64,000 nucleotides of DNA from Laetmonice hystrix (lineage: Eukaryota), in the NCBI GenBank assembly GCA_965235115.1, contig OZ249436.1, forward strand, positions 19,346,001 through 19,410,000, in the 5' to 3' direction. The notes beneath the pieces are model-generated. The model saw only the letters and a program-made list of their open reading frames with translations. It did not search any database and was not told the DNA's origin. A program made the translations under genes and the position numbers. Shown one piece after another: positions 1-12,802 of this stretch (its first letter is position 1; each line of letters begins with the position of its first letter).

Positions 1-5
1 GGGAG

Positions 6-58
<53 letters not shown>
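1..58. repeat. (GA)n microsatellite
   Basis: Direct reading. Confidence 0.97.
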
Positions 59-60
<2 letters not shown>

Positions 61-361
61 TGCCTCACACTCTTAGCGACGGAGAGTTTGTGGATCAGAA
101 CGGTATATGATCCGACATGAGATACACAATCATGCTGGATGACAAATAGTTGGGCTGAGTTGAGTGTAATCAAAGATGTATCGCGTGTATTAGTGCGACG
201 ACTCTTATGACTAAATAATAGATCGATACGAGGATAGATGGGCCAAACCGGTCGTAAAATGTCGACGGCAGTGCCAACGGTAGGCAATGGGTGAACAAAG
301 CAACAGGGCACTCATTGTTACATAGAACACCGTATTTCCCAATCTTGTAAACATGGCCAGA

Positions 362-735
362 TCTGTGTCTCTGTGTCTCTGTGTCTCTGTGTCTCTGTGT
401 CTCTGTGTCTCTGTGTGTCTCTCTGTCTCTCTCTCCCCCTCCCTCTCTCTGGCTCTCTCCCTCCCTCTCCCCCCACTGTCCCCCCTCTATCCCTCTCTCT
501 CCCTCTCTCTCCCTCCCTCCCTCTCCTGCTCTCTTTTCCTTCCTCTCTCTACCCTCTCTCTCCCCTCTCTCTCCCTCTCTCCCTCACCCCCTATCTCTCT
601 GCTTCTCTGTCTCCCTCTCCCTCTCTCTGTCTGTCTCTCTGTGTCTCTGTCTCTGTGTCTCTGTCTCTGTCTGTCTCTCTCTCTGTCTCTGTCTCTGTGT
701 CTGTGTCTGTGTCTCTCTCTCTCTGTCTCTCTCTC
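362..735. repeat. Compound (CT)n/(CTGTGTCT)n polypyrimidine microsatellite
   Basis: Direct reading. Explains ORFs 353..904, 373..942, 381..788 and 487..873. Confidence 0.95.
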
Positions 736-2012
736 GTTCGATTGTTTGGTTGCCTTCGATGGTTTCGGAGAAACTTCTTTCACCCTGACCGCCCTTGTCC
801 TCACCGTGCCTGGATCACAATCGAAACCCTCAGCGTGCAAAGATTCCGATCTGGGTGCAGGGAGAGTAATCATTATCCCCCAACTCCCTGTGTGGATGTA
901 TTGAGGTGCATGACTCTCGTGTTAAATATGACCTACACGTAAAATTTTAAGGGATACAGTTTCACAACACGGGTCATTACATCGCTAGTACTTTACGACC
1001 CCCTTCCACACCACAAGTATTTGTTTCTGAAACATGCATCCCTGGAAGTAGCTCTCAGTACAATTATTGTAATCAAGGTAATTAGTGACTAGAGACCTCC
1101 TCAACTCACCTCAACGATCTGACATGGGTGTGTGGTCCCTCCTTGAATGACGTTTCGGTTATAGTATTATAGTATTCATCAGTCGACCCCCCCCCTCCAA
1201 TAAGGTAAATATACTTTTTTAAACTTTTTTCGACTGCATTGCCCATTATCATCTCATCATTTCTATACGTTGTTAAACTACATATATAAATGTATGAGGG
1301 CACAACTTTAACTTCGGTTTTTGACCGTGTTGTGTATTATTTTCCTGAAAAAAGATGTTCACCAAAAAAAAAAAAAAAAAAAAAAACAACCTAAAGAGCT
1401 GTCAGGTTTAAATACGTTGACACATGTATTTAGTTAAGTAGCGGCACAACACTCTTAATTTTTAAATTGCGTACGAATCAATGAAGGGACAAACTGTTAG
1501 ATTCGTTTTTTTCTCAAATTTTCAGACATTGTAGACCTAATATCAACGACTTTATAGCAATGAGGACCATGGTGATCGGTCGGTCGGGATGGGGACAGTA
1601 TAGGGGTTAACATGCATGTCGTGTCGTACATACGTGGGCGGCTTGAACTTGGAGTCATTGCTATACTGTTAGAATATCTGGTTTGCTCGCAGGTGAAGAA
1701 GAGACTGTTTTGCCTCCGAATTCGAGAAGGTCATAGGTATGTTGAGAAATTTGATGTGAACTATGTGCCTGTGCGTAGGGGGAAATTAGACTATTTACTG
1801 CTCAACTATTCATGCGCGATGTCGCTTTACACGACTTTGCGCAAATCCTGGGGAAATGGCCGCTTCATACATCCGAGGCCTGCACCACGATTGTCGTGTG
1901 GAAAATCGTGCGGCTGTGTCCACTAAGACGATTCTTCACAAGAATTGTGGCACTGTCGGCGATGCATCGCCGATGCCCATACGACGTGAAATCGGCTTAG
2001 TGGACACCCGGC

Positions 2013-2918
2013 TTAAAAATTGGATTACATATAGCCGATTTTTCACCCGATTCGTCATCGGCTGGCCGTCGCTGATGTGTAATCAGAGATCGGCTGACAG
2101 TCGGCTGGCTTCCCAACCGATTGAATCAAATCATTTTGATTTTGTCGGTTGGTCGGTTAGCGATCGGTTCAGTGGTGACTGAGGCATTTTCAACCAAATG
2201 ACGTTTGATCACGTCATGTGACTTAATGGTGTCCGCACAAATATATTCTGGCAGAATACCATGGCTAGGTCGAAGTGTGACCCCAAAAAGAGAGGGATAA
2301 ACTTTTCCTGTGACTCCTCCAGCCCCGGATGCTTCTGCCGACCGATAACCAACGGATCATGCGATCAAGCGATAGCAAACCGATCATCAATTACATACAA
2401 CCGATTGCTAACCGATCCTAAAACCGACCAGACCTGGGCGTCATCTCATTATATGGATTACAAAAGACGGCGAATTCGAGGTGCTGCTGCACCCTTGACA
2501 ATTCTGGGTAAAGATCTTCTGCCAAAACAGCAGCAACATCTGATATAATATTATGGCTATTCAGTTTATTTGTTGTTGTTGAAAATATAAGGATAGGTTT
2601 TGACAACACTTGGATGTCTCCTAAATTAAAGAAAGCACCCCTTTCCATCGAGAGAACTATTGAATATATTATTTTATGACTTCCTGTTTTGTTAGGCTTA
2701 GCCATACCTACCCACCCTAAACTGGCTACATGCCCCTAACCGACAAAATCAAAATAAATCGGTTGGGCAGCCGATTGGTCGCCGTCGTCGGCTGAGCCAG
2801 CCGACGCTCAGCCGATACCTGATTACACAGCAGCGACGTCGGCAGAAGGATCGGCTGGGGCAGCCGACGGCCCGCCGATGGCGAATCGGATGGAAAATCG
2901 GCTATGTGTGATCAGGCC
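2013..2918. mobile_element. MITE with long imperfect TIRs, PIF/Harbinger-like
   Basis: Left gattacatatagccgatttttcacccgattcgtcatcggctggccgtcg matches the reverse complement of right cgacggcccgccgatggcgaatcggatggaaaatcggctatgtgtgatcaggcc. Inverted similarity extends about 150 bp and is TTA-flanked. It abuts another Harbinger-like end (tagtggacacccggct, about 1997-2013). Confidence 0.75.
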
Positions 2919-2922
2919 TTAA

Positions 2923-3815
2923 AAGAAAAGACCACCGCCAGTCTGTACAGGCCAGGCACACATGCCGTGATATTCTAAGCCAGTTAAAAAATATTTGAAC
3001 ACAATTGGTGCTCAGATAGTTAAGATATAGGCACTTTATTGCCGGAGGCTTCTTACAACCTGCTCAGCTGGTGAAGGCCGCCATTCACCGTCTGCTCCTT
3101 GGGCTAATCTCAAACTGCGCATGATCGCCCTATAGGCAAGCATGCGCAGCACGACTGCTCTCCAGTTTGGGAGGAACTAAAAACTGACGCACCTGTTGCG
3201 TTGATCGATTTGGAAGGCAGCGAACGTTGACAGCTTAAATAAGCAAAATTTGTTAGAACATAGACGAAAACCATCGATAGTGATGAGGAATGGCTAGGAA
3301 AAGCCTACCGATGTCAGGGGACATATCATGGTGGACACGGATCTGGGCAGCCGTGCGTTTCGGCCGCCTGCATTCGTCCCACTCAGATCCGTGCATGCGT
3401 ACGATGTTGACGGGAGCTCATGGCCACTGAGGACGGGCGCCACTCTGACTACGACCGCGAGCAATAGCAGCTAGTGTCAGCATGGTCAGCATGCACAGAC
3501 CTGCTGCGTTCAGTTGTGACTGTGACTGTGACTGTGGGACTGACCCCCGTCGATTTGCCACCCACCTCGGCTGCCTTAAGCCTAGTATAGCCTAGCCCTG
3601 GCATGCAAAAGATTAGCCCTGGAACGTCACTTCCGGCCAGCCCAATAGCAACAAATGGCTGCGCTGCTGAAGCCAGTGATTTTGACACGGTTGTCATGTT
3701 CAGTATATGACTTCTTGGAATAGGGGGACATTTATTTCCAACCACTACTCTGAAACGTGAGTATATATAGAGGCCTTGCAGCTGTCCAAATGTGATTTTT
3801 GACTGGACTTCTCCT
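2923..3815. mobile_element. Non-autonomous TTAA-flanked DNA transposon, Kolobok-like
   Basis: TTAA at 2919-2922 and 3816-3819. Imperfect TIR aagaaaagaccacc versus aggagaagtccagt (reverse complement of the right end). Purine-purine termini. Confidence 0.5.
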
Positions 3816-4296
3816 TTAAAGGTATGCGTTATCCTTGTCCGTTCAATGTCCTTATCAAATCCGATCAAAGCGCTAAATGTCAAACGGTTCGACGAGATTT
3901 TCAATCCGGCGTGTTTCTCTAGATATATTATCAAATATTCAGGTCTATTTCGTGACGGCAATGCGAAGCTGTCGCCCTAAATCCGACACAAGAACAATCG
4001 TGACGGTGTACCAGCATAATCCTCGGGGAAGTGAGAGAACCTGTCTGAGAGGTGGGTCACGTGGTCGACCTTGGGTTTGACTTACCAGGCGGTAGGGACT
4101 CTCTGAGGTCAGAAGCTACTGACGGATAAAATCGGGTCAGACAGAGTATGACGTTAAGAGACCAGTCTGAACGCCGTGGCCATTCCTGACAATTGTTCAT
4201 AATGTACATTTAATCCCACCATATTGTGGTCCTAAAACGTTCTAATACCTCTCCAGGTAGAGACTGGCCGGCCACGGATTCCGAGACGTTATTGAG

Positions 4297-7200
4297 GTGG
4301 GCAGGGTTACATGTACGGGAGTAACGCTACCCTCAGTCTGGAGTAAGTGGTGGGCAGGGTTACATGTACGGGAGTAACGCTACCCTCAGTCTGGAGTAAG
4401 TGGTGGGTAGGGTTACATGTACGGGAGTAACGCTACCCTCAGTCTGGAGTAAGTGGTGGGCAGGGTTACATGTACGGGAGTAACGCTACCCTCAGTCTGG
4501 AGTAAGTGGTGGGCAGGGTTACATGTACGGGAGTAACGCTACCCTCAGTCTGGAGTAAGTGGTGGGCAGGGTTACATGTACGGGACTAACGCTACCCTCA
4601 GTCTGGAGTAAGTGGTGGGCAGGGTTACATGTACGGGAGTAACGCTACCCTCAGTCTGGAGTAAGTGGTGGGTAGGGTTACATGTACGGGAGTAACGCTA
4701 CCCTCAGTCTGGAGTAAGTGGTGGGCAGGGTTACATGTACGGGAGTAACGCTACCCTCAGTCTGGAGTAAGTGGTGGGCAGGGTTACATGTACGGGAGTA
4801 ACGCTACCCTCAGTCTGGAGTAAGTGGTGGGTAGGGTTACATGTACGGGAGTAACGCTACCCTCAGTCTGGAGTAAGTGGTGGGCAGGGTTACATGTACG
4901 GGAGTAACGCTACCCTCAGTCTGGAGTAAGTGGTGGGTAGGGTTACATGTACGGGAGTAACGCTACCCTCAGTCTGGAGTAAGTGGTGGGTAGGGTTACA
5001 TGTACGGGAGTAACGCTACCCTCAGTCTGGAGTAAGTGGTGGGTAGGGTTACATGTACGGGAGTAACGCTACCCTCAGTCTGCAGTAAGTGGTGGGCAGG
5101 GTTACATGTACGGGAGTAACGCTACCCTCAGTCTGGAGTAAGTGGTGGGTAGGGTTACATGTACGGGAGTAACGCTACCCTCAGTCTGGAGTAAGTGGTG
5201 GGCAGGGTTACATGTACGGGAGTAACGCTACCCTCAGTCTGGAGTAAGTGGTGGGCGGGGTTACATGTACGGGAGTAACGCTACCCTCAGTCTGGAGTAA
5301 GTGGTGGGCGGGGTTACATGTACGGGAGTAACGCTACCCTCAGTCTGGAGTAAGTGTGGGTAGGGTTACATGTACGGGAGTAACGCTACCCTCAGTCTGG
5401 AGTAAGTGGTGGGCGGGGTTACATGTACGGGAGTAACGCTACCCTCAGTCTGGAGTAAGTGGTGGGCGGGGTTACATGTACGGGAGTAACGCTACCCTCA
5501 GTCTGGAGTAAGTGGTGGGTAGGGTTACATGTACGGGAGTAACGCTACCCTCAGTCTGGAGTAAGTGGTGGGCAGGGTTACATGTACGGGGGTAACGCTA
5601 TACCCTCAGTCTGGAGTAAGTGGGCGCGTGACTGGTGGGCAGGGTTACATGTACGGGAGTAACGCTATCCTCAGTCTGGAGTAAGTGGTGGGCAGGGTTA
5701 CATGTACAGGAGTAACGCTACCCTCAGTCTGGAGTAAGTGGTGGGCAGGGTTACATGTACGGGAGTAACGCTACCCTCAGTCTGGAGTAAGTGGGCGCGT
5801 GACTGGTGGGCAGGGTTACATGTACGGGAGTAACGCTACCCTCAGTCTGGAGTAAGTGGTGGGCAGGGTTACATGTACGGGAGTAACGCTATCCTCAGTC
5901 TGGAGTAAGTGGTGGGTAGGGTTACATGTACGGGAGTAACGCTACCCTCAGTCTGGAGTAAATGGTGGGCAGGGTTACATGTACGGGGGTAACGCTATCC
6001 TTAGTCTGGAGTAAGTGGTGGGCAGGGTTACATGTACGGGAGTAACGCTATACCCTCAGTCTGGAGTAAGTGGGCGCGTGACTGGTGGGCAGGGTTACAT
6101 GTACGGGAGTAACGCTACCCTCAGTCTGGAGTAAGTGGTGGGCGGGGTTACATGTACAGGAGTAACGCTACCCTCAGTCTGGAGTAAGTGGTGGGCAGGG
6201 TTACATGTACGGGGGTAACGCTATCCTTAGTCTGGAGTAAGTGGTGGGCAGGGTTACATGTACGGGGGTAACGCTATCCTCAGTCTGGAGTAAGTGGTGG
6301 GCAGGGTTACATGTACGGGAGTAACGCTACCCTCAGTCTGGAGTAAGTGGTGGGCAGGGTTACATGTACGGGAGTAACGCTACCCTCAGTCTGGAGTAAG
6401 TGGGCACGTGACTGGAGGGTAGGGTTACATGTACGGGAGTAACGCTATCCTCAGTCTGGAGTAAGTGGGTACGTGACTGGAGGGTAGGGTTACATGTACG
6501 GGAGTAACGCTACCCTCAGTCTGAAGTAAGTGATGGGCGGGGTTACATGTACGGGAGTAACGCTACCCTCAGTCTGGAGTAAGTGTGGGTAGGGTTACAT
6601 GTACGGGAGTAACGCTACCCTCAGTCTGGAGTAAGTGGGCGCGTGACTGGTGGGCAGGGTTACATGTACGGGAGTAACGCTACCCTCAGTCTGGAGTAAG
6701 TGGTGGGTAGGGTTACATGTACGGGAGTAACGCTACCCTCAGTCTGGAGTAAGTGGTGGGTAGGGTTACATGTACGGGAGTAACGCTACCCTCAGTCTGG
6801 AGTAAGTGGTGGGCAGGGTTACATGTACGGGAGTAACGCTACCCTCAGTCTGGAGTAAGTGGTGGGCGGGGTTACATGTACGGGAGTAACGCTACCCTCA
6901 GTCTGGAGTAAGTGGTGGGTAGGGTTACATGTACGGGAGTAACGCTACCCTCAGTCTGGAGTAAGTGGTGGGTAGGGTTACATGTACGGGAGTAACGCTA
7001 CCCTCAGTCTGGAGTAAGTGGTGGGCGGGGTTACATGTACGGGAGTAACGCTACCCTCAGTCTGGAGTAAGTGGTGGGCGGGGTTACATGTACGGGAGTA
7101 ACGCTACCCTCAGTCTGGAGTAAGTGGTGGGTAGGGTTACATGTACGGGAGTAACGCTACCCTCAGTCTGGAGTAAGTGGGCACGTGACTGGTGGGCAGG

Positions 7201-7391
7201 GTTACATGTACGGGAGTAACGCTATCCTCAGTCTGGAGTAAGTGGGCACGTGACTGGTGGGTAGGGTTACATGTACGGGAGTAACGCTACCCTCAGTCTG
7301 GAGTAAGTGGGCGCGTGACTGGAGGGCAGGGTTACATGTACGGGAATATCGCTCTGTCCAGTCAGTCTGGAGTAAGTGGGCGCGTGACTGG
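4297..7391. repeat. 53-bp minisatellite, about 55 copies
   Basis: Unit gtgggYagggttacatgtacgggagtaacgctaccctcagtctggagtaagtg. Some units carry a 12-bp insert ggcRcgtgactg. Confidence 0.98.
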
Positions 7392-10136
7392 TTGACACGT
7401 AGGCCTAAGGTTACTATGCCATACAGTCACGTACCCATTTACTCCCGACTGAAAAAAAAAGAAAAAAAACCCCAAACAAACAAATAAAAAACGAAAACGA
7501 AATGCCCTGTGGACCATGCAGAACCCCTTGGAAATTTCTGCCAATTTTCATCATTCTGAATATAATGTTGGTCAGGTCAGATTTCGCCGTTACAAATCAA
7601 GATTGCGACATTATCACACGGAAATCATGATCATGTTAGAAATCTGTTATTTTGTTTTTGGCGGCGTCTTTCGATAATTCGATAGTAAAAGGGTGTTGCT
7701 TGCTCTGTTCGATATCACACGACCAGCTGTGCCCATTTTATTTTGGGAAAAGCAGGGTGGTGGGTTTATTCTAACCTCGTCCACATCAACACCTCCTGGA
7801 AAACTCAGATATTGGTGCTTACACGATTACGGGAACATATTGACTAAAGTATCCACACACCAAAGCGAAAGGTCAACTATCATTGGTTACTTTGATTTCT
7901 AACATCCAGGTCGTGAGGTCCCGCTCAGTTCTCAGAGTGACGAGACCAGAACGAGTCTCTATGTAAACAACTTCTTCATTAATGCTCATGAATCCATGCT
8001 AGTTTGCCCTCTCCGACTGTAATTAGCAACTAGAAATATCCTGATTGCTGTAATTACCTAGGCCTAGGCATCATCATGGCGCTCGGGACTAACCGTGACA
8101 GTCAAGTGTGACTCGATCGTGGCTGACATTACGATTTGACTTGTGATCAGAGCCTGGTCTGTCTCTGAGATCACCAAATACGCTTACAAATCGATACAGT
8201 TCGTTTCTGTGTTTGAAGGACGGATTTGATGACCTAGTTGTTCCTGCTGCCGTAATCATGAAAAGCCGCTACGGATTGGGCGAAATTCGTGTCCACTTAT
8301 CGCACGGCGAACAAGGCGATCCTATTTTAAAACTTGCACTCGATGACCTCACCCCTCGCTCTTCTAATCACGTGACGACTGCGAGATTCTCAATGTGACC
8401 GGGGGGGGGGGGGGGGTATTCCAGCGACTCCACATCCCATTATCTGGAGACAACAATCTTATTCAATTCACTATGATATAAAAAGAAACCCCTTTCTCCC
8501 AGCGGTTATAGATAGAACTTTTACCTCTAATAGAACTCGTTCTCCCTTCAGAAAAATATTATTAAGAAGAATCTATTTGCATGTTAGACTTTAATGACAA
8601 TCGGCTGACAGATGGAAAGTTTACAGTTATTGATTTCCTTGACGGAGAACTTCACCTGGAGCCACGGTTCTCGGCTCTGTAGTACGTAATCTCGGCAGAC
8701 GTGGCTTGCCGAGATGAGTGATTAGGCACGGCCGCCAGATGTCGCTGTAGGCGAGGCGTGCGGCATCAGAGGAAAACACACGTTTTCTATGACATCTGGG
8801 GACGCGTGACTCGAGCGTTCGTTATCAGCGCCAATATCTGTTGATTAATCATTAGCTAACACATCGATTGGCTGCAATTTACGTCGGAGCGCATGATTTG
8901 GTGTGTTCGCGTCGCTAGTGAAAGCCTAGTGCAGATTTATGCGTAAAGGCGTTCGGTGAGATGAGGAATCAAACGGTTGTCAGTCAGCGGTGACCTACCG
9001 TGCTCTACGACTCGGGCGCCACCAAGCGGAACGTGCTGAAGTTATACGTACACCGTGAAGTCAGCCAGTGTAGAAGGGACGTTGTATTAACGTCATCCGT
9101 GCGGAATGATTTCAAAACCTTTAGACATGACGCAGAATCTTCATCGGCGACGGGAAGATTCGCATTCAAAGCGGGGATTTAAACTCCAAGTCCTCAAACA
9201 GCCCCCCCCCCCCCACACACACACAGACACACCGACCACCACCACCATCTGACCACCACCACCACCAGACCACCAGACTGATCAAGGCGTTCTAACACCA
9301 AACCGTTAGAGTAAGATCAGATGCTCAAGTATAGAACATAGACGGAGTCTAGAGTAGGCCTACTGTCTCATTCTGGGGTCTTTTTTAGGGGGGCGGCAAA
9401 ACGCTCCATTTGTAAAGCATGTTTCCTGAGGGCCTAAGGGGCACCCCTCCCAGCCTTCCCCTAGGTCCGCACCTGTCCCTAAGCCCGGGCCTGAGGACCG
9501 GAGGAGGTCGGGTGTCTTTAAAAACAAGAATACAGCTGCTCTAGATTGCGCAATGCACTCTTTAAAATAAAGTTGTAGGCCTACAGGTAAAAACCTTCCT
9601 GAGATCTAACCTCAATGATGTAGAATCACCGGTTCGCTTTCTCAGCACCAGGTGGCAGCACGTCATTTATCCTGGCACCGACATCTCGTTTGAGGCAGCT
9701 TAGTGATACCATTGACCGCCAGACGGCACTGCGTCAATCTCCCCGAATTTTCTTAAAGGTAAAGACTGTGGCGCCGCCTGGCAGTGAAAGGTCGTACTTA
9801 TCAAGGCCGTCCGTGTTCTCATGCAGAATAGGCAACTTCTCATCGACTCGTTACGAGAGGACCCGCCAGTACGATCAATACTAAACCCTACCGCACAGCT
9901 CAACATTGCATAACAACCTCCGAATCTATGCATACATCCACGTGTGCCTGGCCATGCCGGGCGTTATCATGTCAAACCTATGTGACGTCAAATGATCGAT
10001 TCGTGGCAACCAATCGTTTACAATGACGGGGGTTGGAGCCGTCGAAAGTTTCCCCGTATTGCATTGAAACAGTTTCAAAAAATTCAAAAGGTATACACAT
10101 GTATGTTATTTGAGAATGGGGGGTGGGGGTGGTAGG

Positions 10137-10366
10137 AACTGATCACCAAGACTGCTGAATGCGTATATTGCCCATACATGCATGCTGGCTGGTATAACTG
10201 ATCACCAAGAGTGCTGAATACGTATATTGCCCATACCTGCTGGCTGGTATAACTGATCACCAAGACTGCTGAATGCGTATATTGCCCATACATGCTGGCT
10301 GGTATAACTGATCACCAAGACTGCTGAATGACTATATTGCCCATACATGCTGGCTGGTATAACTAA
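10137..10366. repeat. 55-bp tandem repeat, about 4 copies
   Basis: Unit aactgatcaccaagactgctgaatgcgtatattgcccatacatgctggctggtat. Confidence 0.95.
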
Positions 10367-10985
10367 TCGCCTTACTTTAGGAGTGAGCTCCTTAAACTCA
10401 TCTCAAGATTGATTCCCACATAACTTTGGTTTGCACGAACTGGCCTTAGCCCCGACCTTACTATAATAGTCAAGTTTACCAACGTTGTCGATCCTACAAG
10501 TTGATTTACTGAAAAGCAATATCTGGTCTATACATTCCCAACTATCCAGGAACCCATGTTAAGTCTTCGGTTTCGGAAGTTTATCCCTATTCAAATTGAG
10601 CAATATATAGTGAAAGTATCCAATGCTGTTGTAACACTTTTACAGTTTACATTAAGCTTATACAGCCCGCCTAAACTGAGAACTACGACTTCCTGGCCAT
10701 ATTTTTATAAACTGTTCTTTTTCGCGTGGTTTTTTCAAGCGTGGTTTTTTCAAGCATTATCTAAAATTCCCTTCTGAGTTTTCGTACGCGGACGAATCTT
10801 TCACAAAGTTTTCCTGTGCAATTTTTGTCCGGCATTTCCTTGTACCGTGACATTATGTGACATAAATAATTTAAGGATACGTTTTACCCACACACAGGTG
10901 AATTTTTACCCACAAACAGGTAATTCAGTGCGGAGCAAGATTCAGTCTTAGGTTTGCATTTTGACAGACCCCCGTCTGTATGTAA

Positions 10986-12292
10986 AGCCCCAGTCCCACC
11001 AAAGCCGATTGTACGACGTTCTATGCCGTTCTATCAAGATCTGAAATTTAGTTTAAGTCGTGATGAATCGTGATGAAATCATGAAAACCCGAAGACCTAG
11101 CTACGAATCTATCATGTTCTATCCCGACATTGGCCCGACCTTCCCGACAGCGCAACGACTAAAGTAACGTTCACTGCCGACCTATGCAGATTGAGCTTCG
11201 ACCTATCAAGATCCCGGCCCGATGTATGGCGACCTATACCAAGATTGATAAACGATGTAGCAACGTTCTATGCCGTGCCCCAGCCGAGCTACGACCTGTC
11301 CCGATGACATCAGGTCTAGATCAGAGCTAAAGCCCCAGTCCCACCAAAGCCGAATTAGCTACGACGTGTCACGAACTGATAAATCGTGTAGAATCGGGAA
11401 AGGTCCTAACTCGGTCGTACAGTAGTCTTGATAGATCCTCATAGGTCGGGATAGGCCACGATTGCACCCCGACAATTTTAAATTGTTCAAAACAATCAGC
11501 ATTGGTCGGGAAAAAGCTCAAATCGGGGATATACCGTAGGTCAAACGTTGCTCAGTCGGGAATAGTCGTGGGACAATCGGGATAGTTCGTTGTTCAGTCC
11601 TGGTTGATCGTAGGACAATCGCCAGACATTTCCTAGATCTAGCCCTGACGTCATCGGGACAGGTCGTAGCTCGGCTGGGGCTCAGACGGCATAGAACGTT
11701 GCTACATCGTTGGTCAAACATCGGGTCGGGTTCTTGATAGGACGTAGCTCAATCTGCATAGGTCGGCAGAGAATTGTTTCTCGGTCGGGAAGGTCGGGGG
11801 GATGTCGAGATAGAACATGATAGCACGCAGCGTGATCGTTGAGAGATCTTTGGAAAACCGTTGCCCAGTCGCCGTTGAACGTGACAATTCGTAGCTAGGT
11901 CTTCGGGTTGTCATTATTTCATCACGATTCATCACGACTTAAAATAAATTTTAGATCTTGATAGAACGGCATGGAACGTAGTACAATCGGCTTTGGTGGG
12001 ACTGGGGCTTAATTTTCTGGCAATTGTCCTACGATAAACCAGGACTGAACAACGAACTATCCCGATTGTTCCCCGACTATACTCCCGACTGAGCAACGTT
12101 TGACCTACGATATAGCCCCGATCTGAGCTTTTTCCCGACCAATGCCGATTGTTTTGAACAGTTCAAAATTGTCGCGACCTATGAGGATCTATCAAGACTA
12201 TTCTACGACCGAGTTAGGACCTTTCCCGATTCTACACGATTTATCAGATCGTGACACGTCGTAGCTAATTCGGCTTTGGTGGGACTGGGGCT
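10986..12292. mobile_element. PIF/Harbinger-like MITE, outer copy interrupted by a nested copy
   Basis: 23-bp TIR agccccagtcccaccaaagccga at 10986 and its reverse complement ending at 12292. Flanks TAA and TTA. Confidence 0.88.
11331..12009. mobile_element. PIF/Harbinger-like MITE (679 bp) of the same family, inserted in the opposite orientation
   Basis: Same TIR at both ends with a perfect TAA target duplication (11328-11330 and 12010-12012). Its body is the reverse complement of the rejoined outer copy. Confidence 0.9.
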
Positions 12293-12802
12293 TTAACCAT
12301 GCAGGACATTCTCGCGATATTTTTATGACGCGTTATTTTCGCGATATTTTTTATTCACTCGCGTGTCTTTTTCTTAATTCCGAAGATTCACCTTGATTTT
12401 TTCGGAGGTGCATTTTTTGAAACGTGTCTCTCGCGGATTCCTTTGATGTCTGCACCGTCCTGGCCCCGTCGTTCCGATGAAATCCTAGGAATTCCTATTT
12501 ATGGTATTTAGTCTTTATATTGAGTTTATGTTGTTATGTCTCGTCCGTGTCCGTGTCTTTGTCCTGTATTGTGCCAAATTAAGACTCGAGGTTAGACATT
12601 TGTTTGATATCTGTTTTTGGCTCAGTATAAAAGTGTCCTACAATTTTGATCTCTCGCACTTTCTTTTGATTAATGTGAGTAATCTACTGGAAGTGTGGAC
12701 GACCTTAATTATGGACATTGTTTAGATTAACTGTCCAAAAGCGGTGGTGATCAAATCAATGACCCATCGCAAATTGTGAAAGACTACAAGGCGATGTTGC
12801 AG

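Noticed and set aside
353..942. ORFs of 128-189 aa
   Set aside because: Translations of the CT/CTGT microsatellite.
3449..3961. 170-aa minus ORF as a possible transposase
   Set aside because: It crosses the proposed element boundary and has no DDE or THAP motif I can recognise.
4297..7391. CRISPR-like array (palindromic repeat)
   Set aside because: Units are head-to-tail with no unique spacers, there are no cas genes, and the context is eukaryotic. The same applies to the other arrays.
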